Positions 30,550 through 42,833 of a DNA stretch of 64,000 bases are shown here, one piece after another; position 1 is the first letter of the stretch, and each line of letters opens with the position of its first letter. The notes beneath the pieces were generated by a model. That model did no database searches. It worked only from the letters and a program-made list of their open reading frames with translations, and was not told where the DNA came from. This DNA comes from an uncultured Bacteroidaceae bacterium (GTDB lineage Bacteria > Bacteroidota > Bacteroidia > Bacteroidales > GCA-2748055). Location: assembly GCA_964563105.1 (NCBI GenBank), contig CAZLXM010000001.1, positions 61,622 to 125,621 on the forward strand. Reading direction: 5' to 3'. The position numbers and the translations under genes are program-made.

Positions 30550-32337
30550 ATGGGTAATTTTATTGTATCGGCCAGAAAATACAGGCCTGAAACATTTAAA
30601 AGTGTAGTAGGACAAGATGCAATAACAGCTACACTCAAAAATGCCATTAAAGCTAATCATATTGGACATGCATATCTTTTTTGCGGCCCGAGAGGAGTTG
30701 GAAAAACAACCTGTGCCAGGATACTGGCTAAAACTATAAATTGCAGTGACATAACGCACGATACAGAACCTTGCAATAAATGTGAATCATGCAGTGCATT
30801 TAATAATAGCCGCTCTTATAATATTCATGAACTGGATGCAGCTTCAAATAATTCAATTGATGATATACGGCTTCTGATAGAAAAAGTCCGGATACCCCCT
30901 CAAACAGGAAAGTTTAGTGTATATATCATCGATGAAGTACATATGCTGTCAGCTTCTGCATTTAATGCTTTCTTAAAAACATTGGAAGAACCCCCGGCAC
31001 ATGCAATATTTATTCTTGCCACCACAGAAAAACATAAAATAATACCTACTATTCTTAGCAGATGTCAGATATTTGATTTTAACCGTATTAAAATCACTGA
31101 TATAGTTAATTATCTTAGCTTTATAGCAAATAAAGAAAAAGTTGAATATGAACCGGAAGCTCTTCATATAATAGCTGAAAAAGCTGATGGTGCAATGAGA
31201 GATGCTCTGACTATTTTTGACCAGGTAGTTAGTTTTAGTAATGAAATAGTAAAATATCAACATATTATTGAAATCCTTAATATTCTGGATTATGAATATT
31301 ATTTCAATATTACTGATCATTTTCTTGCAGGCAATACTTCAGCGGCGTTATTATTATTCGATGGAATTCTGAATAACGGTTTTGATGCCCGAAATTTTAT
31401 CTCCGGACTTGGAAGCCATTTTAGGGGCCTTCTGGTTTCAAAAGATCCTGAAACTATTAAACTGCTGGAAGTAAGTGATCGTTTTCGTGAAAAATATCTT
31501 AAACAATCAGGGCAGTGTTCAGACGATTTTATTTTTACAGCTTTGAATATATGTAATGAAACTGACTTAAACTATAGGATCAGCCGGAATCAAAGGCTCC
31601 TTTCCGAATTAGCAATTATCAAATTAAGCAGGATACTGGAAGAAAAAAAAAAGCCCGCACCAATTCAGGCCGATGATCCGGTAAAACCTGAAAGTACCGG
31701 CATTAATAAAGAGCCGGGCCCGGATTTGACGATTATTAGCGAATTAACACCAACCCGTGACGAGAATAAAGTTATTCAGGATAGCTCAGAAATAAAAAAG
31801 AATCTGATAAAAACGTCCGGAATTTCAATAAAACATATTGTTTCAACTGTTAACACAAAAGAAGAGAAAGAGAAGGGGGAAGAAAAAGAAGATGAAAATA
31901 GAAATGCAGGACAATCTTTTAATATTGACTTGTCAGATGAGGAAAATATAGATGAAATGCTTTCTGAAACACCATTTTCACAGGAAGAACTTATATTGAA
32001 ATGGAAAGAATATGCGGAACTTATAAATGATGAAAGACCACGTATTGCCATTTTATTAAAAAACAAAGTTCCTGTTCTTGAAGATGGCTATGAGATAAGC
32101 CTGACACTTGATAATACTGTTCAAATTAATGAATTTGAACAAAATATAAGAAACGCTTTACTGAACTTTCTTAAAAAGGAATTAAATAATTCATATATAA
32201 GGATTACTTCCAGTCTGGAGAAAAATGAAAGTGCCAAAAGAATTTTATATACACCTGAAGAACAATTTCAATACTTAAGCAGAAAAAATCCCGCTTTAAT
32301 TAAACTCAGGCAAAAATTCAGTCTCGATTTTGAATAA
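30550..32337 (+). CDS. dnaX: DNA polymerase III subunit gamma/tau
   Basis: The Walker A motif is GPRGVGKTT, the zinc module is CNKCESCSAF and the SRC motif is ILSRCQ. The track ORF starts at a TTG at 30529, and I prefer the ATG at 30550 (MGNFIVSARKYRP). It contains an A10 run (see findings). Confidence 0.95.
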   Translation: MGNFIVSARKYRPETFKSVVGQDAITATLKNAIKANHIGHAYLFCGPRGVGKTTCARILAKTINCSDITHDTEPCNKCESCSAFNNSRSYNIHELDAASNNSIDDIRLLIEKVRIPPQTGKFSVYIIDEVHMLSASAFNAFLKTLEEPPAHAIFILATTEKHKIIPTILSRCQIFDFNRIKITDIVNYLSFIANKEKVEYEPEALHIIAEKADGAMRDALTIFDQVVSFSNEIVKYQHIIEILNILDYEYYFNITDHFLAGNTSAALLLFDGILNNGFDARNFISGLGSHFRGLLVSKDPETIKLLEVSDRFREKYLKQSGQCSDDFIFTALNICNETDLNYRISRNQRLLSELAIIKLSRILEEKKKPAPIQADDPVKPESTGINKEPGPDLTIISELTPTRDENKVIQDSSEIKKNLIKTSGISIKHIVSTVNTKEEKEKGEEKEDENRNAGQSFNIDLSDEENIDEMLSETPFSQEELILKWKEYAELINDERPRIAILLKNKVPVLEDGYEISLTLDNTVQINEFEQNIRNALLNFLKKELNNSYIRITSSLEKNESAKRILYTPEEQFQYLSRKNPALIKLRQKFSLDFE

Positions 32338-32361
32338 TAATTATTTTTAATACATTTTTTT

Positions 32362-33636
32362 ATGAATAGCAATAAAATAACCATTGAAAAGAAAAAATTA
32401 CAAGTTCCTTCCCATCCGGTTATCCCGTTTATTGAAGGTGATGGCACCGGCCCCGATATTTGGGCTGCATCTGTAAGAGTGTTTGATGCTGCCGTTGAAA
32501 CGGCTTATGGAGGAAAAAGAAAAATTATATGGAAAGAGGTTTTAGCTGGAGAAAAAGCTTATAAAAATACCGGTGAATGGCTGCCTGATGAAACATTGAA
32601 AATAATAAAAGAATATCTTGTTGCAATTAAAGGCCCCCTGACTACTCCTGTGGGCGGAGGAATACGGTCACTAAATGTAGCCCTGCGCCAATTACTCGAT
32701 CTTTACGTTTGCCTGCGTCCCGTAAAATATTACGACGGGGTCCCATCGCCGGTAAAAAATCCCGGCACCACCGATATGGTAATATTCAGGGAAAATTCCG
32801 AAGATATTTATGCCGGGATTGAATGGATGACAGGAACACCTGAAGCTGAAATGCTTAAATCATATCTTATCGGGAATTTAAATGTTAAGACTATCAGATT
32901 TCCCGAAACTTCATCAATCGGGATAAAACCAGTTTCACAGGAGGGAACTGCCCGGCTCGTAAGAGCAGCCCTCGAATATACACTTAAAGAAAAAAAATCT
33001 TCTCTGACTCTTGTTCATAAAGGAAATATAATGAAATATACTGAAGGGCAATTTAAATTGTGGGGATATGAAATTGCTGAAAAGGAATTTGGAGATTATG
33101 TATTTACATGGATGCAGTATGACAGGATTGCCGAAAAAGAAGGTAAACAGAAAGCTGGTGAAATGATGGATAAGGCGGTAAAAGATGGTAAAATAATTGT
33201 AAAAGATGTAATTGCAGACGCTTTCCTTCAACAAATCCTTACCCGGCCCGCAGAGTATTCTGTTATAGCCACTATGAACCTTAATGGTGACTATATTAGC
33301 GATGCTCTTGCTGCAATCGTTGGTGGAATAGGTATTGCCCCCGGAGCAAATATTAACTATGAAACAGGACATGCCATATTCGAGGCTACACATGGTACAG
33401 CCCCAAAATATGCAGGGTTGGATAAGGTTAATCCGGGATCTGTAATCCTGTCAGGTGCTATGATGTTTGAATATATGGGCTGGGATGAAGCTGCTGAACT
33501 TATTAGAAACGGATTGCAAAAAACTATTCAGTCAAAAAAGGTAACTTACGATTTTGCCAGATTAATGGATAATCCAATAGAACTAAAAACATCTGAATTT
33601 GGCTCTGAAATCATTAAAAATATTAGGAATCATTAA
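32362..33636 (+). CDS. icd: NADP-dependent isocitrate dehydrogenase
   Basis: 424 aa with the blocks [19 protein letters not shown] and [13 protein letters not shown]. Confidence 0.95.
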   Translation: MNSNKITIEKKKLQVPSHPVIPFIEGDGTGPDIWAASVRVFDAAVETAYGGKRKIIWKEVLAGEKAYKNTGEWLPDETLKIIKEYLVAIKGPLTTPVGGGIRSLNVALRQLLDLYVCLRPVKYYDGVPSPVKNPGTTDMVIFRENSEDIYAGIEWMTGTPEAEMLKSYLIGNLNVKTIRFPETSSIGIKPVSQEGTARLVRAALEYTLKEKKSSLTLVHKGNIMKYTEGQFKLWGYEIAEKEFGDYVFTWMQYDRIAEKEGKQKAGEMMDKAVKDGKIIVKDVIADAFLQQILTRPAEYSVIATMNLNGDYISDALAAIVGGIGIAPGANINYETGHAIFEATHGTAPKYAGLDKVNPGSVILSGAMMFEYMGWDEAAELIRNGLQKTIQSKKVTYDFARLMDNPIELKTSEFGSEIIKNIRNH

Positions 33637-33724
33637 AAATATTAAAAATCAGTAAACAAAAAATAAACTGAACTTGTTTTATTGATGTTTTATTAGTATT
33701 TAACAGAAAAATAACTAAGATATT

Positions 33725-34213
33725 ATGCTTAAAAAAAATATTGAAGATATCCTGAATGAACAGGTTGAAAAGGAAGGTTATTCCTCAAATCTTTACCTGG
33801 CCATGGCTTCATGGGCTGAAACAAACGGTTATAAAGGAGTTTCAAAATGGCTGTATGCCCAGGCAGAAGAAGAAAGAATGCATATGCTTAAAATAATTGC
33901 ATATATAAATGAAAGGGCAGGGACAGCGGTAATTCCATCATTTAAACAACCGCCTTTATCATTTAACACAATTAAAGATATGTTTATTGACATACTTAAA
34001 CATGAAGAATATATAAGTAGTTCAATTAATGAAATTGTTGCAAAATCTATCGAAGAAAAAGATTATACAACTCATAACTGGATTCAGTGGTTCGTTACCG
34101 AACAAATTGAAGAAGAAGCACAGGTGAGAGATATCCTGGATAAGCTCAATCTTGCCGGCGACAAACATCTCTATATATTTGATCGTGATATTTTGGGAAT
34201 GAGAGATGATTAA
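33725..34213 (+). CDS. ftnA: Ferritin (non-haem, Ftn-type)
   Basis: 162 aa. The ferroxidase-centre residues occur in the context NEQVEKEGYSS...EEERMHM...HEEYI. Confidence 0.85.
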   Translation: MLKKNIEDILNEQVEKEGYSSNLYLAMASWAETNGYKGVSKWLYAQAEEERMHMLKIIAYINERAGTAVIPSFKQPPLSFNTIKDMFIDILKHEEYISSSINEIVAKSIEEKDYTTHNWIQWFVTEQIEEEAQVRDILDKLNLAGDKHLYIFDRDILGMRDD

Positions 34214-34653
34214 TTCCGGGCCGCAGGTTTATACTTTTTATATTACGATGTAAGCGGATAAATATCTGTCATCTCTAAATATTTGTATGCTAGTTAAAGC
34301 ATTTCAGTTAAACAGGGAATATCTCCGCACAAATACAATTTAATTTCTTATTTTATATTCTAAAATTTTTGTATATTACATAATTCACACCTTATCATAG
34401 ATCAACAAAAAGTAACAATGATTCTTTTTGATAAATAGTTGTGAGTTCAGTAAGAATATTTATCATAAACCCTCATCTTATTTTTATCTGATTTAAAGTT
34501 TAATGATAAAGATACACTTTCGGGTTTTGTGATGTTTTTTTGCTGTTTGTTGATATGGCAATTATTTAGTTAAATTAAAAAACCAAAATTTTATTAAAAA
34601 AGGCTAATTTTGTCGAATATGTGAATTAAATTTAGAATAAATAAACTGCTAAG

Positions 34654-37600
34654 ATGAGCATACTTAATAAAATTTTGTCTTCCTTTTTAGGTAGCAAAGC
34701 AGAAAGAGATTTAAAAGAAATAAAACCTTATATTGACAGGATTAATTCGGTATATCCCTTAATTGCTACTCTTTCCAATGATGAACTCCGGGCTAAATCT
34801 GCCGAAATAAAACAGAAGGTTCGTAATTATGTGAAAATTCAGGAAGATGAATTAAAAGAATTAAAAGTAAAATCTGAAGATTATGAGCTTGAACTTACTG
34901 AAAAGGAAAAAATATTTGAAAGAATAGACAGACTTATTAAAGAAATTGATGAAAAACATGAAGAAATTCTAAATGAAGTTCTGCCTGAAGTATTTTCCAT
35001 TGTCAAAGAAACTGCCAAAAGATTTACTGAAAATGACAAGATAGAGGTAACAGCCCTTGATTATGATAAAGACTTAGCAAGTAAACATGAGCATATTGAA
35101 ATAAAGGGAGATAAAGCTTTTTGGCATTCCAGCTGGGTAGCCGGAGGAAATAAAATTGTCTGGGAAATGGTACATTATGAAGTCCAGCTTATTGGGGGAG
35201 TTGTATTACATCAGGGGAAAATTGCAGAGATGGCAACAGGTGAAGGGAAAACCCTGGTAGCTACATTACCGGTTTTTTTAAATGCATTAACCGGAAAAGG
35301 AGTTCATATAGTTACAGTAAATGATTACCTGGCTAAAAGAGACTCTGAATGGATGGGGCCAATTTATCAGTTTCATGGTTTAACTGTTGATTGTATTGAT
35401 AAATACCAGCCTAATTCCGAAGAACGGCGAAAAGCTTATAATGCTGATATAACTTATGGCACAAATAATGAGTTTGGCTTTGATTATCTCAGGGATAATA
35501 TGGCACTTAGTCCCGAAGACCTTGTACAGCGCAAACATAATTATGCAATAGTTGATGAGGTAGACTCCGTATTAATTGATGAAGCAAGGACACCTCTTAT
35601 AATTTCAGGGCCAATTCCCAAAGGCGAAAATCAGGAATTTCAGGAACTTAAGCCAAGAATTGAACGCATTGTTGATGCGCAAAAAAGACTTGTAAGTCAA
35701 GTTATAAATGATGCAAGAAAATTCCTTCAGGAAGAAAATTCCGAACAGGCAGGACTTATGCTCCTACGTGCGCACAAAGGATTACCCAGAAATAAAGTAC
35801 TTATAAAGTTGCTCAGCGAAGAAGGAAATAAGTCACTTTTACTAAAAACAGAAAACTTTTATATGCAGGATAATAATAAGAATATGCCTGTTGTTACTGA
35901 TGAATTGTATTTTGTTATTGAAGAAAAACAAAATGCAATTGAGCTGACAGACAAGGGTATAGATCTTATTAGTTCTCCTGAAGATCCTGAGTTTTTTATT
36001 CTTCCTGATATTGGGAGTGAGATTGCGGAAATAGAAAAATCTGATCTGAACGAGCATGAACGTTTAATTAAAAAAGATAAGTTATTACAGAATTATGCAG
36101 TAAAATCCGAACGTATCCATACTGTAAATCAGTTACTAAAGGCTTATACTCTTTTTGAAAGGGACGTTGAATATGTGGTTTTGGATAACAAAGTTAAAAT
36201 CGTGGATGAGCAAACCGGCAGGATTATGGAAGGCCGAAGATATTCTGATGGATTGCATCAGGCGATTGAGGCTAAGGAAAATGTAAAGGTTGAAGCTGCC
36301 ACACAGACATGGGCTACAATTACACTTCAGAATTATTTCAGAATGTATCATAAACTTGCAGGAATGACCGGTACTGCTGAAACCGAAGCCGGGGAATTCT
36401 GGAATATTTATAAACTGGATGTTGTTGTTATCCCGACAAATAAATCGGTGATTAGAAACGACGAAGAGGACTTTGTTTATAAAACAAAGCGTGAAAAGTT
36501 CAATGCAATTATTGATCAGATAACAGAACTTATTTCGCAGGGCAGGCCGGTGCTCGTCGGGACTACTTCGGTCGAAATATCAGAGCTTCTTAGCCGTATG
36601 CTTAAATTAAAAAGAATAGAACATAATGTTTTAAATGCTAAATTTCATGCCCGTGAGGCTGACATTGTTGCCCAGGCAGGAAAAAAAGGACAGGTGACAA
36701 TTGCAACAAACATGGCCGGGAGAGGAACTGATATTAAAATTTCACAAGAAGTGAAAGATGCAAATGGACTAGCCATTATTGGAAGTGAACGTCATGAGTC
36801 CAGAAGAGTAGACCGTCAGCTCAGAGGCCGTTCAGGACGCCAGGGAGATCCCGGGTCATCACGCTTCTATGTTAGCCTTGAAGATGATCTTATGCGCATT
36901 TTTGGATCAGAAAGGATAGCCGGTTTAATGGATAAGCTGGGATTAAAAGAAGGGGAGGTGATAACCCACTCTATGATATCAAGGTCAATTGAGCGCGCAC
37001 AGAAAAAAGTAGAAGAAAATAACTTTGGAATACGTAAACGGCTTCTCGAATATGATGATGTGATGAATTCACAAAGAGAAGTAATATACAAAAGACGTAA
37101 ACATGCATTATTCGGAGACAGATTAAGTGTGGATATAAATAATATGTTTCATGATGTAGTGGAAAGTATTGTAGAACAATTTCATGATGATCATGATTAT
37201 GAGGGATTTAATTATGAGCTCATCCGCACTTTATCAATTGAATCACCTGTCAAAATCGAAGAGTTTAATTCTTCAGGCAGTTCAGAAATATCTGATAAAA
37301 TATTAGATTATATTTTATCAACTTACAAAAGAAAAGAAGATACTCTGGCAAAACAAGCCTTTCCTGTAATTAAGGATGTTTTTGAGAAACAGGCTGCTGT
37401 TTATGAAAACATTGTAGTTCCGGTAAGTGATGGTTTCCGTGTTTACAGGGTTGTTACAAATCTTGAAAAAGCTTTTAAAACAGGGGCAAGAGAAATAATG
37501 CGTTCATTTGAAAAAACCGCAGTTCTTGCAACTATAGACGAAAACTGGAAAGAGCATCTAAGAGAGCTGGATGACCTGAAACAATCTGTACAAACTGCTT

Positions 37601-37953
37601 CCTATGAACAAAAAGACCCGCTTCTGATTTATAAATTTGAATCTTTTAATCTCTTTAGTCAGATGATAGACAAAATTAACAGGGAAGTGGTAGCTACACT
37701 CATGAAAGGTCATATCCCGATAGCTGACTCATCCGGCGTGCAAAAAGCTCAACCTCCAAAACGCTTGGATCTGAGTAAATTCAGTGCCTCAAAACATGAA
37801 ACACCAAAATATAATGATCCTTCAGGAGAATCCAAGCCTGGACAGGGTGCAGCACAACCTGTAAGAGTTGAGAAAAAAGTTGGAAGAAATGATCCCTGCC
37901 CTTGTGGAAGTGGTAAAAAATATAAAAATTGCCATGGCCGGGCCGGGGCCTGA
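34654..37953 (+). CDS. secA: Preprotein translocase ATPase SecA
   Basis: 1099 aa with the motifs [27 protein letters not shown] and [10 protein letters not shown]. The C-terminal zinc motif is [14 protein letters not shown]. Confidence 0.97.
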   Translation: MSILNKILSSFLGSKAERDLKEIKPYIDRINSVYPLIATLSNDELRAKSAEIKQKVRNYVKIQEDELKELKVKSEDYELELTEKEKIFERIDRLIKEIDEKHEEILNEVLPEVFSIVKETAKRFTENDKIEVTALDYDKDLASKHEHIEIKGDKAFWHSSWVAGGNKIVWEMVHYEVQLIGGVVLHQGKIAEMATGEGKTLVATLPVFLNALTGKGVHIVTVNDYLAKRDSEWMGPIYQFHGLTVDCIDKYQPNSEERRKAYNADITYGTNNEFGFDYLRDNMALSPEDLVQRKHNYAIVDEVDSVLIDEARTPLIISGPIPKGENQEFQELKPRIERIVDAQKRLVSQVINDARKFLQEENSEQAGLMLLRAHKGLPRNKVLIKLLSEEGNKSLLLKTENFYMQDNNKNMPVVTDELYFVIEEKQNAIELTDKGIDLISSPEDPEFFILPDIGSEIAEIEKSDLNEHERLIKKDKLLQNYAVKSERIHTVNQLLKAYTLFERDVEYVVLDNKVKIVDEQTGRIMEGRRYSDGLHQAIEAKENVKVEAATQTWATITLQNYFRMYHKLAGMTGTAETEAGEFWNIYKLDVVVIPTNKSVIRNDEEDFVYKTKREKFNAIIDQITELISQGRPVLVGTTSVEISELLSRMLKLKRIEHNVLNAKFHAREADIVAQAGKKGQVTIATNMAGRGTDIKISQEVKDANGLAIIGSERHESRRVDRQLRGRSGRQGDPGSSRFYVSLEDDLMRIFGSERIAGLMDKLGLKEGEVITHSMISRSIERAQKKVEENNFGIRKRLLEYDDVMNSQREVIYKRRKHALFGDRLSVDINNMFHDVVESIVEQFHDDHDYEGFNYELIRTLSIESPVKIEEFNSSGSSEISDKILDYILSTYKRKEDTLAKQAFPVIKDVFEKQAAVYENIVVPVSDGFRVYRVVTNLEKAFKTGAREIMRSFEKTAVLATIDENWKEHLRELDDLKQSVQTASYEQKDPLLIYKFESFNLFSQMIDKINREVVATLMKGHIPIADSSGVQKAQPPKRLDLSKFSASKHETPKYNDPSGESKPGQGAAQPVRVEKKVGRNDPCPCGSGKKYKNCHGRAGA

Positions 37954-38037
37954 AACAGTAGAAAAATAATACCAGGGCAGGATAATAAAAATTTTAAATA
38001 AAGACTATCTGTTTACACCTTGCTTATTAACAATTTG

Positions 38038-38931
38038 TCACTGGCCGGTTTTAATGGCCCCGGTCATTTTTTCCAGTTTTTTATATAACTCCCTGCTTAC
38101 GGGAACAAGTGGCAAACGTAAATAGTTTGAAGAAATCCCAAGAATTTCCAAAATGGCTTTTACACCTGCAGGGGAGCCTTCCGCAAATATAGCCTCCATT
38201 ATAGGTAAAAGCTTATAATGAATTTTTCTGGCTTCATCCATCTTTCCTGATAAACAGAAACGCACCATCCGTGAAAATTCAAGCGGAAAAGCATTGGCAA
38301 TAACAGATATTACACCGCCGGCCCCAAGTGAGATTAAAGGCAATGAAATACTATCATCACCCGAAATCAATTGAAAGCTGTCTGATTTGTATTTTAATAT
38401 GTTCATTATCTGCTGCATATTGCCAGAAGCTTCTTTTACAGCAATAATTTGTTTAAAATCATTAGATAATTTTACTATTGTGTCAGCAGAGATATTTGAA
38501 CTTGTTCTGCCTGGAACATTATAAATTATTACAGGAACCGGACTTGTCTCTGCAATTGCTTTGTAATGAAGATAAAGTCCTGTCTGATTTGGTTTATTGT
38601 AGGGGGGGGAAACACTTAAAAGAGCATCAATTCCGATAAAATCAGTGTCCTTAATGTCATTTATAACTGCATTTGTATAATTGCCTCCAATGCCTAAAAC
38701 AACAGGGACTCTTTTATTGACAACTTCAACCAAAGAACATGTAACAGCTTTTTTCTCATCCTTACTAAGCACAGGGGTTTCGCCGGTAGTTCCAAGTACG
38801 ACAATATAATCAATCTCATTATTGATAAGATGATTTATATGTTTTTCCAGTGCTTTAAAATCAATACTTTCGTTTTTTCTAAATGGCGTTATTATAGCCA
38901 CACCTGTTCCTGAAAATTTATTTACCTTCAT
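38038..38931 (-). CDS. dapA: 4-hydroxy-tetrahydrodipicolinate synthase
   Basis: 297 aa with the motifs GTTGE, YNVPGRT and the catalytic-lysine context VKEASG. Confidence 0.95.
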   Translation of the reverse strand: MKVNKFSGTGVAIITPFRKNESIDFKALEKHINHLINNEIDYIVVLGTTGETPVLSKDEKKAVTCSLVEVVNKRVPVVLGIGGNYTNAVINDIKDTDFIGIDALLSVSPPYNKPNQTGLYLHYKAIAETSPVPVIIYNVPGRTSSNISADTIVKLSNDFKQIIAVKEASGNMQQIMNILKYKSDSFQLISGDDSISLPLISLGAGGVISVIANAFPLEFSRMVRFCLSGKMDEARKIHYKLLPIMEAIFAEGSPAGVKAILEILGISSNYLRLPLVPVSRELYKKLEKMTGAIKTGQ

Positions 38932-38940
38932 AAAATCTTG

Positions 38941-39516
38941 TTAACGTTTTGGGGTTGTGTTAGCAGAAGAAGGATCCAAAGGGTTATTAAGCCTGCCGAC
39001 ATAATGTAATATCTGCTCTCCAAGGTATTGAACTGTTGAATCCTCTCTAATATTAATCATCATATCATAATCATTGAGCATCTCAGTATATTTACCTACT
39101 TTAAAAAATGCTGCTGATAAAACTGCTAAATATCTTAAGCACATAAAATTATTAATACTCAAATCAATTAGCATATCAAACTTTTTTGCAAGAAATTTTT
39201 GACAAATTTCCTTTTTTGGCCTGTAAAAAAGATCGAGATCATTTTTACTTATCATTAAAGAATTTTTAAGAAGTAAATATTCAGAAGGCATCTTGTCGCT
39301 ATTAATATATCCCAGAAGAAAAACATTAATATCATATGATTGAAGATGTTCTCTGTATTTTTTTATAAATGTTAATTCTGTAACATCCAGTCCGTCAAAT
39401 ACAATACAGGCAGTTTTAGCCGAAGTAAAATTTTGAACCTGTTTTGAACGGGTGATACGCTTTTTTTTCTTTCGTAACAATGTATCACCGATTTTGAGTC
39501 TTAAATTTTTAAACAT
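38941..39516 (-). CDS. Hypothetical protein (conserved position between dapA and ligA)
   Basis: This is a 191-aa ORF with a basic N-terminus. I recognise no motif. Coding status rests on its length and its tight spacing with dapA (9-nt gap). Confidence 0.4.
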   Translation of the reverse strand: MFKNLRLKIGDTLLRKKKKRITRSKQVQNFTSAKTACIVFDGLDVTELTFIKKYREHLQSYDINVFLLGYINSDKMPSEYLLLKNSLMISKNDLDLFYRPKKEICQKFLAKKFDMLIDLSINNFMCLRYLAVLSAAFFKVGKYTEMLNDYDMMINIREDSTVQYLGEQILHYVGRLNNPLDPSSANTTPKR

Positions 39517-39681
39517 ACTAATTATATAATATTATAAAATACGCAAAATACCTGTATTATATTTTACATATATTGTTAATAAACATTTATTTTAAATTTA
39601 TTAAAAGGTATTGTTTAGTAGTAAAGCTATAAATTTATAATCATTTAAAGATGCCTTTAATTAAAAATATCATCATTTATT

Positions 39682-41778
<2,097 letters not shown>

Positions 41779-42051
41779 TTATTTTAAGTAAACAATTAAT
41801 GTTACTTAAGAAAGATGAGTTCTTTTTTCTATATTTGTCCGAATTAATAAATTATGATCATAAAATAAATGAATTTCTTTATTAAACCCTGCTTATCAGG
41901 TTTAATCATTTTTTATTTTTAAAATTTTTGATTTAAAACATTATTTCTTATGAAACCCTTATGTATTATTGTTTACAAAAAGAAAATGAAAATATTTCGG
42001 GTTTCTGTCAGAACGATGCAATTAACAATGAATTAACTAAATTATTTTTAA

Positions 42052-42774
42052 ATGAAAAGATTAATTTTTCTTACTTTTTTATATTCAATTCTATTATCAT
42101 CATGTTTAAAAGATAAGTTTCCAAGTGATTTTATAGGTTTTGAAGAATTTGATCTTGGAACAAATGGATTTTGGAATGGTTCGGATGGGTCCGGAGGTTT
42201 TACATCAGGAAATGCATTTTTTAGTAATGATTATAATGATGAATGGCAAAGCTGGACAGGCTTTTCCATATCTAATCATACGGATGTACAAACTCCTGGA
42301 TATTTAAATCAATATAGCAGCATTGCGGGATCCGGAGCAGATAAATCAAGTAATTATGCAGTTTTGTATTCTTCAGGCACTTCTGATACTATTAAATTTT
42401 TAATTCCGCAAAAAATCACAAACATTGCCCTTTGTAATTCCGCATATGCCTATTATTCAATGTTAAATGGAGATGATTTCACTACAAAATTTGGAGGGGT
42501 TGACGGAACTGATCCTGACTTCTTTGAACTCAAATTAACAGGGATAAATGAATATAATGTAGAGGCCGGAACGATTTCTATTATGCTTGCAAGTTTTAAT
42601 CATCAGGATATTCCTGATTTTATTGGTAATACCTGGACTAATTTTAATCTTTCGTTTTTTGGTTTTATCAAATATCTTGTTTTCTCATTTGATTCATCCC
42701 GGAAAAATGAATTTGGCCTCTTAACCCCAAGTTATATTTGTGTTGATAATATTAAGGGTATGTTAATAGAGTAG
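42052..42774 (+). CDS. Surface/periplasmic lipoprotein, DUF4465-like
   Basis: 240 aa with the lipobox LLSSC. The block FWNGSDGSGGFTSGNAFFSNDYNDEWQSWTGFSISNHTD recalls DUF4465, a family call from memory. Confidence 0.45.
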   Translation: MKRLIFLTFLYSILLSSCLKDKFPSDFIGFEEFDLGTNGFWNGSDGSGGFTSGNAFFSNDYNDEWQSWTGFSISNHTDVQTPGYLNQYSSIAGSGADKSSNYAVLYSSGTSDTIKFLIPQKITNIALCNSAYAYYSMLNGDDFTTKFGGVDGTDPDFFELKLTGINEYNVEAGTISIMLASFNHQDIPDFIGNTWTNFNLSFFGFIKYLVFSFDSSRKNEFGLLTPSYICVDNIKGMLIE

Positions 42775-42833
42775 TCCTGGTAATTGAATAACCTATTATT
42801 GAAGCTGTTAGTCAGAGATTAAATAAATAGTTT

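Noticed and set aside
34214-34653. A 440-bp non-coding spacer upstream of secA, considered as a possible sRNA, leader peptide (secM-like) or oriC.
   Set aside because: It contains only trivial ORFs under 10 codons, no convincing terminator or extended helix, and only a one-mismatch DnaA-box-like string (TAATTCACA). This is insufficient to call any feature, although transcript mapping could revisit it.
38602-38609. A G8 homopolymer (C8 on the coding strand) inside dapA, unusual in this low-GC genome and reminiscent of phase-variation tracts.
   Set aside because: It encodes the conserved Ser-Pro-Pro-Tyr (SPPYNKP) segment of an essential enzyme in frame. There is no evidence of a frameshift, and a contingency locus in dapA is implausible. 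It is noted only as a sequencing or assembly caution.
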